A DNA stretch of 63,950 nt, counting the filler, from Bacteriovoracaceae bacterium (GTDB lineage: Bacteria > Bdellovibrionota > Bacteriovoracia > Bacteriovoracales > Bacteriovoracaceae): NCBI GenBank assembly GCA_018649885.1. It is 5 parts of 5 records of this genome, joined end to end, with 100 filler letters (N's around TTAATTAATTAA, not from the genome) between each part and the next. Parts side by side here need not be neighbours in the genome. Positions count along the whole stretch, not along the records: positions 1 to 10,213 come from JABIHA010000004.1; 4 more parts are not named here. One strand, written 5' to 3'. The notes beneath the pieces were generated by a model, which saw only the letters and a list, made by a program, of their open reading frames with translations, was not told the origin of the DNA and ran no database searches. Numbering within the stretch: position 1 is the first letter of the stretch; every line of letters starts with the position of its first letter. The position numbers and the translations under genes were made by a program. Positions 1-10,042 of this stretch are shown here, piece by piece.

Positions 1-91
1 CCAACTCGGAAATGGGAGTTCCTTTTTCAATGTGAGCGGTTAAGATGTTGAATTTCTGTGATTGAGTTACTCTTTTTCTATTCAAATCCAT
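1..91 (-). CDS. IS3-family transposase OrfA, N-terminal part (runs off window)
   Basis: MDLNRKRVTQSQKFNILTAHIEKGTPISEL... resembles the HTH start of IS3 OrfA proteins; strong RBS. Confidence 0.65.
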   Translation of the reverse strand, partial: MDLNRKRVTQSQKFNILTAHIEKGTPISEL

Positions 92-140
92 GGTTTTCCT
101 CCGGATTTAGGAGGTAGCCATCAAATGGGGGTCACGAACA
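1..140 (-). mobile_element. Left end of an IS3-family insertion sequence (partial), inserted into the IS4 transposase
   Basis: The minus strand begins TGTTCGTGACCCCCATTTGA (TG-start IS3-like end) at 140. It is followed by a GGAGG RBS and an ATG at 91. The IS4 transposase frame loses its expected sequence exactly here. Confidence 0.7.
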
Positions 141-1016
141 GAGTGAAGTCATTAAATAAATGACTTTATCCCTAAATCCATCTTTCTTTGAGATATGTTT
201 TAATAACCTTACTCTTTGTTCTTTTGGATATTTTTTGTAATCTTCCTTAGACATATCTTTAAATTTGCTACTTCTTTTTCTCATAATGGTAACTTCTTTT
301 CTGTTCTTTTTAAAAAACCCTTCTGCAAATTTATCTCTGGCCCTAACAACAAAATCAATCTCTCGTTTGGCTAATTCTGAATGTAAAAAATAGCTAGTAA
401 AAAAACGGTCCATTACAAGTATGTCTCTTTTGTTAAATCTGTCCATCGCCTTTCTGAGAAGAGAGGGTTCGCCATTTCCTTTGCCTGAATATGATGCGAT
501 TTCAAGATCAACAAGAGAAGCAGTTGCCAAAGAAAATACACAAAGTGATCTTAAAATTGGCTGACCAAGGCCTTCTTTTTGTCTTATATTTTGAGGGTAC
601 TCTTTTTGGTTTTCTTTAGTATCTTCCATTTGCATTGTGGTTCCATCAATCAATTTAACATGACGATTATTCCACATATTAAATTCATGAGAGTCATTGC
701 ATCTTAAAGCAATTTCTTTCAGTATATTTTCATCCATTTTTTTTCTAGCTCGACAATAATTGCTGTTATTCATCGAAACCATTCGTTGACCATTTTCTAT
801 TCTCTGAGAGTTAAAAAAGGAAAGAGCAGACTTTGTCGATTGCCTCTGAAAAACTTGGACCAAGAATAGTCGCAAGGTAGTTAATGGATCGTAGACTCTT
901 TGTCGTTTTGACGAACTCATCAATTCTTCAAGCAAGTTTTGAGGTATGGCCTTTGACAATTTTGAATAGATGGCGCTATGCGAGTGACTAGTGATTTTAG
1001 TTTGAGTAGAATTCAT
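132..1016 (-). pseudogene. IS4-family DDE transposase, C-terminally truncated
   Basis: Motifs LIDGTT, GLGQPILR and LVMDRFF are present. The ORF stops at YLMTSLCS, before the Y-x2-R-x3-E catalytic motif. Likely start is ATG 1016 with an AAGGA RBS. Confidence 0.85.
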
Positions 1017-1137
1017 GAAGCTTCCTTGTTTGTTTTTGTTTAGCAATTTAAATGTAACAAGAAAGTTAAATACGGCCACGACACGTGGCCGTATGTCTTT
1101 AGAATTATGAAACTATTTTGTTAAAGCAGTAGCATTC
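141..1137 (-). mobile_element. IS4-family element, left part (terminal sequence GAATGCTACTGCTTTAAC at 1137)
   Basis: 1084-1137 is the exact reverse complement of 10160-10213. It contains an 11-bp-stem hairpin at 1070-1094 upstream of the transposase. Confidence 0.85.
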
Positions 1138-1175
1138 GTATCACGCACCTTTTTTTTTCCACCTTTTTTTCTTTT

Positions 1176-2105
1176 TTATGGACCTTGGCACTTTTTTATG
1201 TCTTGCTTCTTTTTTCCAAAGATTTTAGTTGATCTTAAATTATCGATAGCAGAAAAATCACCTATACAATTTTCATCAATCCACAATTCAATTAACTGGA
1301 TCAAGGGGCCAAGACCCGTTAGATCTTCTATATAGTTTCGACTTAATTGAAGGACTGACAAATTTAAGAGTTTATCTAAATGTGAAACAACCGTAATTTG
1401 ATTGTCCCCCAAGTATAGCTGTTCGAGCACGCTAAGACTTGCGATATGAACCAAACCAAGTGATCCGATTTTATTTTTATGAAGCCATAGATATTTTAAA
1501 GACTTCAAAGTGTGAAGTCCTGATAAGTCTGAAATTCTATTTTCCCCAAGGTAGAGCGATTGAAGATTCACAAGATGTTCTAGTGGAGTAAGATCACTAA
1601 TTTTATTACCCTGCAAGTACAATCCATAAAGTGTTTTTATATTCTTTAAGGGTTCAATATTAATCACCAAATTGTGATTAAACGACAATTTAATTAATTG
1701 CCTATGATTTTTTAGCGCTGAGAGATCAACTATCTTATTAGAGCTCAAATTTATGGTCATCAATTTTGAGAGCCTATTTAAAGGTGTAATATCCACAATT
1801 TGATTGTCCCAAGCATAAAAGGACTCTAAATTAACAAGATTTTTAATAGGAGAAATATCAGAAACTTTATTGTGAGATAAGTCTAGTTTCACTAACTGAT
1901 CCAGCTCTTCTAATCCCGTTAGTAAGATAATCCCCATTGACTTGCACTTTAAAACTTTTACCGCTTCCAAGTCAGCTGACAGTAGTGGACCAGCTGGACG
2001 AGAGACATGGATTCTCAAGCATTTTTCTAGTGCAGCATCGGGTACAAAAACCTCACTGGCAAATGAATGGCCCGAGAAAAGTAAAATTAAAAATATTGTC
2101 TTCAT
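1176..2105 (-). CDS. Secreted leucine-rich repeat (internalin-like) protein
   Basis: Signal peptide MKTIFLILLFSGHSFA; about ten 22-aa LxxLxLxxNxIxDLxPL repeats; internalin-like cap DAALEKCLR. Confidence 0.9.
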   Translation of the reverse strand: MKTIFLILLFSGHSFASEVFVPDAALEKCLRIHVSRPAGPLLSADLEAVKVLKCKSMGIILLTGLEELDQLVKLDLSHNKVSDISPIKNLVNLESFYAWDNQIVDITPLNRLSKLMTINLSSNKIVDLSALKNHRQLIKLSFNHNLVINIEPLKNIKTLYGLYLQGNKISDLTPLEHLVNLQSLYLGENRISDLSGLHTLKSLKYLWLHKNKIGSLGLVHIASLSVLEQLYLGDNQITVVSHLDKLLNLSVLQLSRNYIEDLTGLGPLIQLIELWIDENCIGDFSAIDNLRSTKIFGKKKQDIKKCQGP

Positions 2106-2153
2106 CTTTGTACCAAGGCGCGACCGAAGTCGCACCTTTCCTTTTTAATTGTA

Positions 2154-3137
2154 TTAAAGCAAAGCAATTGGTCTTGGAAATGGTCTTGGCCTTGGCCTTG
2201 GAAATGGTCTAATAATAAGAGGTTTAAACCACCCCTCAAATCCAGAGAAGCCATGTGCTCCTGAGGTTGGGTAAAGGTCATCTTCACAACCTTCCAAAGC
2301 AGGTTTCATTCCAGTAAGAGTTGTCAGGCTTCTATCCCAAAAGCATTTAAACACCTCCTCACTTGTTCCAATTCCCAGGTTAATATCACCACCAATATAA
2401 CTTCTTGTTCCAGCACTCATTATTGCTGGCTCCAGTGGAGCGTTGTGTACCTGACAAGAGTTAAAATAGAGTACTTTCTTTTTAAGCTTAGTACTCGAAA
2501 GTGAGGTGAACCAATTGTGATCTAGGACCTGATTATTGTGAAGTAAAATACCACCTGTATTTCCGTGGCCAATACTTCCTAGGGCCTTGAGTTTGGGACA
2601 ATAGCTCAGATAGCGTTTGTAGGCCTGTACAGTGGCCTCGTCGCCAATCAAAGTCTTACATTTATACCCTTTGGACTCAGCTGTTAAACAAGCATCTTCC
2701 ACTCCAGCAACCGCAGTAGGAATTCCATCCTCAGGTGTTGCATACACCATATCAACTGTAGTATCCGGACATAGTGTGAGGATTATGCCAGGAAAGATAC
2801 GCATCAACTTATTGACACGAGTTAGTGAGGTGTTGGTTTCCATTTTGGTTACCACATCATTTGATTTCATGGTAATCACTGACGTTTCAAACTGATACCT
2901 CCCCCTATACTTCATGAAAAGGATCATGTGCTTTGTGGAACCTTTTTTAACTACGCGCACATCGATTGAGCGAAACTTCTTGCGAGCATAACGAGGTGAT
3001 TTCAAAAGGCGCGTATTAATAATACCTTTCAATTTGATATTGTTATGACCACGGTCAATAATGCGAATCCGCTGAGCAAAAATGCTCTGTGAAAATATGA
3101 GAACAATAAAAAATAGCGTGAACTTATTAAGTGACAT
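2154..3137 (-). CDS. Secreted protein with a caspase/gingipain (peptidase C25-like) His-Cys domain
   Basis: Signal peptide; GSIGHG and LYFNSC motifs match the clan CD catalytic dyad; Pro/Arg-rich C-terminal tail; GGAGG RBS. Confidence 0.6.
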   Translation of the reverse strand: MSLNKFTLFFIVLIFSQSIFAQRIRIIDRGHNNIKLKGIINTRLLKSPRYARKKFRSIDVRVVKKGSTKHMILFMKYRGRYQFETSVITMKSNDVVTKMETNTSLTRVNKLMRIFPGIILTLCPDTTVDMVYATPEDGIPTAVAGVEDACLTAESKGYKCKTLIGDEATVQAYKRYLSYCPKLKALGSIGHGNTGGILLHNNQVLDHNWFTSLSSTKLKKKVLYFNSCQVHNAPLEPAIMSAGTRSYIGGDINLGIGTSEEVFKCFWDRSLTTLTGMKPALEGCEDDLYPTSGAHGFSGFEGWFKPLIIRPFPRPRPRPFPRPIALL

Positions 3138-3360
3138 CGGGACCTCCTGTTAAACGGAATACCGCCGTTTTGTTTACGGTCAAAATTTGCTCCCAAAGTT
3201 AGCAATTGGTTATGACATGAAATGATAAACTAAATGATATTTCACATTAAATTGCCTAGACTTAGGCAGTGAATTTAAGCGGTATTTTCTAGAGCGATGC
3301 AGAAAAAAAAGGGAAAAAAAGGTGCCAATCAAAAATATGAGATACCTTTTTGAAGTTTTT

Positions 3361-3428
3361 TAAACTGAACGGTGCACGGTTCAGTTTACAGTTTCAGTTT
3401 TAGTTGGAAAGGCATATGAAGTGTGTTG
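3361..3428. repeat. Intergenic palindromic repeat family, copy A
   Basis: TAAACTGAAC-GGTGCACG-GTTCAGTTTA hairpin followed by CAGTTTCAGTTTT...GAAAGGC..ATGAAGTGTGTTG; shared with copies at ~6850 and ~10040. Confidence 0.8.
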
Positions 3429-3436
3429 GAATTTCT

Positions 3437-3916
3437 TTATAACTCTGTGCTAATCAATGAAAGACTTCTTTTGATTTTAATCAAAATATAGATTACAGAA
3501 GCTAGACAAACTCCCATTCCTATTAGGCCTGCGAAGAGCATCAACGCTGGATTCGCAAATTTGCTTGCTAGTAACAATAGTAAAAATGCTGGTAAGGTCA
3601 CAAGGGAGATCCTAAGAGTTAGTACAAACCACAAACTAATTATTCTGTGAAGAAAAAATCGTCCGTTATTTCCCCCATTTGATTGATAATAACTTCTTAG
3701 TATTGAACAGAAAATCATGCTTAAAATAACAATAATTACAACTCCACCAATTTTAGTATTAAAACTATCGGGCTTGGGTGATGGATAAAATAGCTGAAAA
3801 ATATCAATTAATTTAAATAATAAATATGAATACAAAAGATACAAAAAGCTCTCTCTTTGGTTATTTTTTTCATTTTTTAAATGTAAAATAAGACCTTCTA
3901 AGTTTAAGTAAAACAT
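3437..3916 (-). CDS. Hypothetical integral membrane protein (about 4 TM helices)
   Basis: Hydrophobic ORF with a GGAG RBS before ATG 3916. Confidence 0.7.
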   Translation of the reverse strand: MFYLNLEGLILHLKNEKNNQRESFLYLLYSYLLFKLIDIFQLFYPSPKPDSFNTKIGGVVIIVILSMIFCSILRSYYQSNGGNNGRFFLHRIISLWFVLTLRISLVTLPAFLLLLLASKFANPALMLFAGLIGMGVCLASVIYILIKIKRSLSLISTEL

Positions 3917-4423
3917 TTTCAACTCCAATTAGGTTAGTGGTTAAAGACTCCCTTTTCGAAAGAATCCTGGTACGAATTCCGAATTACTCTCTTCTTTAGC
4001 ATCGAAAATACGCCAGTAAACTTTCAGCTCTTATAAACCAAATGAAAGTGATAATTTTCTTCTTAAACAATTTTAATCAATTAACTCGGCACCATCTATT
4101 AAGAAAATTGATAACTATAAAATCTCACCATTTTGTAAAAAAAATCAACAGTTACGAGTAGAGATCATGCAAATGCAAAGAAACATATTGGCCGCAATGG
4201 AATTGACAAGTATTTTGGTACCTATTTTTTCTGAACACACGGCAACCTAACGAATATTCAAATAGTTACCACATACTAGTTAACTAATTGGATAAATTTC
4301 TCACTCAAATTGAGTTAATTTACCTATTAAATTGACGCACATAGGCATATATTCAATGAGCACAAAGTTATCTACTTAAGTAGCTCTAGTATTAATCTCT
4401 GCCTAGCAAATAACGGAGAATCG

Positions 4424-6814
4424 ATGACAACAAAATTACTTACCCTGGCGCTGGCCTTCTGGTCTATCCTTATATTATCTTCTGAATTAAGGGCCCAAAA
4501 CCCTCAACAGGTTAACCAGATTCAAATGCTGAACCACCCTGTGGTTCAAGAGATCCTCGATGTTTACCACCAAAAACCAGGACTTTTTAAGGGAATCGAC
4601 AAGGCCTTCCGTTATCAAAATTTAAATCTCCCTTATCGGGTAGATCTTGTCATGAGTGATCTGATCGACCAGCTTTGGGAAATTGCCGACACTCAAAAAT
4701 TGAGGGAAACTCACACTGAGATTCTTAGTCTTTTGGACGGAAAACCTCTCGAAAATTTCCCCCTTCTTTTTAGTATGCTGGGAGACTCTAAAAGAAAACT
4801 TGTAAAAGTATTGAACGAAAGATGGATTTTCCCCGAATATAATGTCTATGGCAGTGCTTTTCCATTACAGATTCGCTTTCTTGGAAAGCAAAAAATGAGC
4901 AAAATTCGACGTAATAAATTGATCTCTAAGTATCAACGCTTTGGCGGAGATGCAGAATCGTACCATCTTCTAAAATTTTTGGCGGGAAAGGTTGATACTC
5001 CTTATCCTACCAGGCGAATGACAGTAGCGAAGATGAAATATCTAAAAAAATCACAAATAAAAGAACTTAAAAGTGAATATTACAAGATCTATCTAAGCGA
5101 TCTTAAAAAAATGGAAACTCAAAATACCAGTGTTCTTCTTGAGAAGCTTGTCATCTCTTATAGACCTCAGAGAAAGACTCCTCATAAAATAAAAATGGGA
5201 GATAGTGAGTCTAAAGAAGTTCGTAGAGCTTTTGTACCTCTTTATAATGCTATTCATATGGCCAGTTTTAAGCAAGATTTTATTTCTTTTATGGCCCAAG
5301 AATTAGATAGTGCTAAAAGCTATGTATCGATTCCCAGAAAATACAATAGATACTACCTGACACCCTCTTTTGTTGTCGAAAACGTGGAATTAGTTGAGGA
5401 TATGGTTAAAGAGTATACCTACCGAACCCTTCTACTCAGTAGTGAAAATGATCAAATAATTTTAAAATTAAGACGATGGATAAAAGAAAATCAAGACCTT
5501 ATTGATACTGAACTTGAACATTATAATAGTGAGAACCCTGGTGAACAGCTGGGCCTAGAATTTAATGAAAGAGGCCTTCCCAAAAGAAGTGAAGTGATCG
5601 ATCAATTTGGTGTGTTAGAAAAAACCATGCCTCACTCGCCCTGGATGGAAGATTTAAAGTACGAGGTGATTGGAAAAAAAGGTCATCCCATCGCTTTGGG
5701 AAAAAATCGTTTGGGACGTTTTCTCTTTCAAGTGGGATTCCATGCCAAGCAGATGCTAAGAATTGAAAATGTTGCCGGAGCTGCCTTAGGAGCGATCATT
5801 TCACTTTCAACCGGAAATGTAGTGGCAGGGGCAATAGTCAATATTCTAGTTAAAGATTCTATGGAAACACTTCTGCACAATAAAAATTTTAAAGATGTCT
5901 TTAAGGATACGCCCTCAAAATTGGCCCGCGCTCTAGTTATTCACTCACCTTGGATTCCCGGTCATTATTTTAAGATCTTTTCAGTGGGGGTTGTCGAAGG
6001 GAGCTTGCAAGGAGCTTTAACCGGACAAGACATCGGAGTATCTGCCTTTGTGGGGGGCACCAGTGAAGTGATTGAAAGTCTGCTTCCACGGGAATTGATC
6101 AACCCCATTGTCAAAATCGACTTTGACTCCTCCACAACTCGTCAAGTTACACTTAATTTATTGGTTGATACCGCTGGCAATATGGCGATCCGATCTGCCA
6201 GAGGGGCCACCACAGCTGCTATCACAGGAGAATCTCCAATAGATGGCGCAAAATCGGGTGCTATATACGGAGGATTCGAATCAGTTGCCATGGCCGTATT
6301 GTTTGGCCTGGAAGTCGACCCTCTCGATTACTTTTCAAGAGGAGAGCTGAGAGAATCCATTGTCAGCGAAAATGAATTTCAAAATTACTATGGCGCTGAA
6401 AGCTATGACATGAAACTTTTCCAGATTTTAGATACTCAATATAGAATGGAGCACGGTATTTTTGGTCTCAGCCAAAAGGTAAATGGAGGACGACCATTTG
6501 CTGGGATAGGCTTCATTTCCCTTGCATCTGCTGATTTAACAATATTGGATATTGCTCACGAAAGCGCCCATGCCGTGGGACAGATGAATGAGTATGGTCT
6601 TTTTGGATTTTATGCCACTTGGGGAAGACAACTTGCTCTTAATGGAAGTTACGGGTGGGGTGGAAATACCATGGAAAATTATCGTTATTTTAGTTTTAAT
6701 GATTCCTGGATGGATCCAACCTCTTCAGGTTACAATCCCAACACCACTCAATTGAGAAAATTTGCACCTCATAATTACTTGGGTCTAACTCTTTCTAATA
6801 GAAAAAGTGAGTAG
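4424..6814 (+). CDS. Large secreted hypothetical protein with a Gly-rich hydrophobic region and a C-terminal HExxH zinc-peptidase motif
   Basis: 796 aa; signal peptide; IAHESAHAVGQ at ~6557-6571; GGAG RBS. Confidence 0.75.
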   Translation: MTTKLLTLALAFWSILILSSELRAQNPQQVNQIQMLNHPVVQEILDVYHQKPGLFKGIDKAFRYQNLNLPYRVDLVMSDLIDQLWEIADTQKLRETHTEILSLLDGKPLENFPLLFSMLGDSKRKLVKVLNERWIFPEYNVYGSAFPLQIRFLGKQKMSKIRRNKLISKYQRFGGDAESYHLLKFLAGKVDTPYPTRRMTVAKMKYLKKSQIKELKSEYYKIYLSDLKKMETQNTSVLLEKLVISYRPQRKTPHKIKMGDSESKEVRRAFVPLYNAIHMASFKQDFISFMAQELDSAKSYVSIPRKYNRYYLTPSFVVENVELVEDMVKEYTYRTLLLSSENDQIILKLRRWIKENQDLIDTELEHYNSENPGEQLGLEFNERGLPKRSEVIDQFGVLEKTMPHSPWMEDLKYEVIGKKGHPIALGKNRLGRFLFQVGFHAKQMLRIENVAGAALGAIISLSTGNVVAGAIVNILVKDSMETLLHNKNFKDVFKDTPSKLARALVIHSPWIPGHYFKIFSVGVVEGSLQGALTGQDIGVSAFVGGTSEVIESLLPRELINPIVKIDFDSSTTRQVTLNLLVDTAGNMAIRSARGATTAAITGESPIDGAKSGAIYGGFESVAMAVLFGLEVDPLDYFSRGELRESIVSENEFQNYYGAESYDMKLFQILDTQYRMEHGIFGLSQKVNGGRPFAGIGFISLASADLTILDIAHESAHAVGQMNEYGLFGFYATWGRQLALNGSYGWGGNTMENYRYFSFNDSWMDPTSSGYNPNTTQLRKFAPHNYLGLTLSNRKSE

Positions 6815-6849
6815 TAAAAAAAGGGAGCCATGCACTTTCTGCTTTTTTA

Positions 6850-6977
6850 AAACTGAACCGTACACTGTTAACAGTTAACCGCGCACGGTTCAATTTACAG
6901 TTTCAGTTTTTTTTGAAAGGCGCATGAAGTGTGTTGTACATTTTCCAATGCTATGTGATGTAAAAAGTATCACGCAC
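6850..6977. repeat. Intergenic palindromic repeat family, copy B (carries an empty IS4 target GTATCACGCAC)
   Basis: AAACTGAACCGT...ACGGTTCAATTT hairpin plus a ~50-bp block AAGTGTGT.GTACATTTTCCAATGCTATGTGATGTAAAAAGTATCACGCAC almost identical to 10109-10159. Confidence 0.85.
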
Positions 6978-7007
6978 TCCTTTTCAATGGAATTGGGTAC
7001 CTTTTTT

Positions 7008-9815
7008 TTAAAGAGCGCCAACTTTTTCCGGTTTTGGATTTAGAACCTGATCCAATTCTTGTAACTTCTGGGCCGCTTCCACAAATCGTTTTTCATAATT
7101 GAGTCGAAAATAATTATTTAGAAGAGATGCTGCTTTCCCATTTAATACCTGTACATTGGGTGCTAAATATTTTTCAGCGAGTTCCAGTGGCAGTTGTTGC
7201 AGACCTTTTCTTTGGGGTTTGCTAAGTAGTCCATTGATAGCATCATCAAGGGATTTTCCGTAGCTTAATCGATCGCCATGCATGACCACAACTAATCTCA
7301 ACTCAGGAAAGGCAGCCGTTTCTGCTTGAAGATAAATCGGCTCAAAATAAAGCAGTGAGTTTTCCACAGGGATGGCCAATACATTTCCACGTATCACTCT
7401 AGAGCCACGTTGGTCCCAAAGTGTGAGTTGTGAGGAAAGATATGGGTCCTGATCAATCTTGGTTTCCACCTGTTGTGGTCCGAGAACTCGTGATTCTTTT
7501 GGAAAACGGTAAACTAGGAGTTTACCATAATTTTTCCCATCGCTGAGCCCTGCAAGCCACCCGATCATGAGTTGCCGGTTTTTGGGAGTAAAAGGCTGTA
7601 TGAGGGAGAACTCAGGGCCTGTGGAGCCCGGTGGTTTCCACATAACATAATAAGGGGACACAGCTCGAAGCTCTGAGTAATACTTTTCTGTGGCCCTCAC
7701 CCATAGGTCTTCTTGATTATAGAATACTTCAGGATCAGTCATATGATATTTTGCGTACATTACTCCCTGGGCGGCCAGTAGTCCTACTGGGTAGCGCACG
7801 TGTGAAAGAAGCTCAGGTGGCATTGATTGTTTTGATTTGAAAAGTTTAGGGAAAATATGTCGCCAAACGCTCACTATTGGATCTTTAAGGTCAAATGCGT
7901 AGAAGTCCACTTTGCCATTATAAGCATCAACGACAATCTTTACGGAGTTTCTTACATAGTTTGCACCATTAAGGCTATCTGCCTGAGTTGCAAATATCCT
8001 GCGTTTTAGCCGACCATTAGAGTAGTCGATATTTTCTTTACGATTGAAAGACTGGCTGTATGGATAGTATTTTGATGTTGTGTAGGCATCGATGATCCAA
8101 TGAAGCTTTCCCTTAGCTAAAACTATATACGGATCGCTATCAAATTTTAAAAATGGTGCCAAGATTTGAACGCGTTTCAAAATTTGGCGATGGAATAATA
8201 CTCGGGAGTTTTTGGTAGGATATGTCGATAGTAAAAACCTGGTCCCATCAAATTTCCAGCCAAATAAAAACTTCCTCCATATAGAGGATATTGGAACTCC
8301 GCCTTCCCCCTTATATTGTGTATAGATATTCTTACTCCCACTAGGATAGTCGAATTCCTTTTCTTTCGAATTCGTGAATACATGCTCCCTTGTTAGTTCC
8401 CCGTAATAAATCTGTGGCGTGGTAATTGTTAAGTCAGGATGGTCTGAGACTGGCGGTATATCTTTTATAACCAATTTTGGAAGACCTTCTTCAGTAAAGT
8501 CACTAACCGGGGCCATAGTAATCCCGTACCCGTGGGTGTATTTAAATCGCTTATTAATGAAAGTTTGACTTTTTTCTGGAATTTCAGAAATTTCCATTTC
8601 TCTTGGAGACACCATAACCTGTCGGTAACGACCACCGATTTGATAACGATCAATATCAACATCTGGGAACTCATAATAGAGTCGCATTTCTTGAAATTGG
8701 TCATAAACTGCAGTTAAGGCGTTCCAATCCCACAAACGAACTTCGGATAGAACCTCTTTATTTCTCGTAATCAATTCTGGAGAAAATTCGGATGAAGGCT
8801 TAAACTCTCTTTCTTCGGCCTTGTCGAGATTAAATCCCTTTCTAGTAAATTTTATGTTGCGTTCAATATATGGTTTTTCAAATGTAATTTCATTTGGTTC
8901 CACAACTAACCATTGCACTAATTTTGGCAGGCCTACTGTAAGCGTCATCCAGATAAACAAAAGAGAAATTGGTAAAATTACTGCAACGTTGATACGCACT
9001 TTTTCTCTTGCCCAACTATATAAGCCGAAATTATTCGATAATGATTGTTGAAGCCTTTTTGCTGTAGCTGGTATTAGAAGTACAATTCCGCTTATGGAAA
9101 GCAGGATCGCAAATAAATAGAAAATAGGTAATCTAATGTGAATATCTGTCCAGCCGGCGCCTCTGACCGATCCAAAATCTGAGAACGTAAGGTTGAAAGC
9201 TGAAAGTAGGCTCCCAAATGCCAAAATTATGAATATAGAACCAACACATCTGTTCAAAGTTTTCCCTATTTTTCGGACGTCCGCTGGAATTAGAATGGCG
9301 CCTAAAAGAGCGATCACTGCAAAAATTAAAATTATTTGAAACAAGTTATTCATAAAAGGAAGAGAAAAAAGATAAAACCCTGTGTCTAGTCCAAATAGAG
9401 GTTCAGTAACTCCTGTAGATATTCGATTAAAAAATTTTAAGTAGGTATCCCAATTAAATGCACCCCAAGCTGCGCCAATGATTCCGGCCAGGATGGTAGG
9501 TGAAATGTACTTACTTTCATTAAATGATTTTGCTTCTGGCCCCCACGTAAGAGTTTTGACGAAAGTGGTACCAATTAGGCCCCCCAAAAAAGCAAAACCT
9601 ATTACCGCGAAAAAAACAGTGCCAAATCGATTTGAATATCCCAACGATTCAAACCAAAGGTATTCTCCCCAAATGCTTAAATATAAAAATAAGAGAGCAG
9701 TTGCTATTATAACTATCAAACCCCAAACAATTTTTCTCTTGGATCTCAAATTGAAGCCAGAGAAAATGAGGTACCCCCCCAAACCAAGCATCACAGCTAT
9801 AATCGCAAAATACAT
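7008..9815 (-). CDS. UPF0182 family membrane protein
   Basis: N-terminal TM helices; motifs VRLWD, YYEFPDVDIDRY, YTHGYG, PQIYYGE, NYVRNSVK, VIRGN; GGAGG RBS before ATG 9815. Confidence 0.92.
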   Translation of the reverse strand: MYFAIIAVMLGLGGYLIFSGFNLRSKRKIVWGLIVIIATALLFLYLSIWGEYLWFESLGYSNRFGTVFFAVIGFAFLGGLIGTTFVKTLTWGPEAKSFNESKYISPTILAGIIGAAWGAFNWDTYLKFFNRISTGVTEPLFGLDTGFYLFSLPFMNNLFQIILIFAVIALLGAILIPADVRKIGKTLNRCVGSIFIILAFGSLLSAFNLTFSDFGSVRGAGWTDIHIRLPIFYLFAILLSISGIVLLIPATAKRLQQSLSNNFGLYSWAREKVRINVAVILPISLLFIWMTLTVGLPKLVQWLVVEPNEITFEKPYIERNIKFTRKGFNLDKAEEREFKPSSEFSPELITRNKEVLSEVRLWDWNALTAVYDQFQEMRLYYEFPDVDIDRYQIGGRYRQVMVSPREMEISEIPEKSQTFINKRFKYTHGYGITMAPVSDFTEEGLPKLVIKDIPPVSDHPDLTITTPQIYYGELTREHVFTNSKEKEFDYPSGSKNIYTQYKGEGGVPISSIWRKFLFGWKFDGTRFLLSTYPTKNSRVLFHRQILKRVQILAPFLKFDSDPYIVLAKGKLHWIIDAYTTSKYYPYSQSFNRKENIDYSNGRLKRRIFATQADSLNGANYVRNSVKIVVDAYNGKVDFYAFDLKDPIVSVWRHIFPKLFKSKQSMPPELLSHVRYPVGLLAAQGVMYAKYHMTDPEVFYNQEDLWVRATEKYYSELRAVSPYYVMWKPPGSTGPEFSLIQPFTPKNRQLMIGWLAGLSDGKNYGKLLVYRFPKESRVLGPQQVETKIDQDPYLSSQLTLWDQRGSRVIRGNVLAIPVENSLLYFEPIYLQAETAAFPELRLVVVMHGDRLSYGKSLDDAINGLLSKPQRKGLQQLPLELAEKYLAPNVQVLNGKAASLLNNYFRLNYEKRFVEAAQKLQELDQVLNPKPEKVGAL

Positions 9816-10042
9816 GAACAACCTCCAAAATTATCAAACCTGAAATAGGTATTCACAACCACAATTTCTATACTAGTATAGCAAGTCCCTGTATCTGGGA
9901 ATGATCATATTTACTTGTGATTTTTTAAACAACTTAACGTACGTAATTTGTTGTTTAAAAATCTAGGTGGGAATTTCTCATGATTGGTGCTGATTTTTAT
10001 TTGTTTAATTATTGATGCGATGGTGGGAACAACTCGTAAGCG

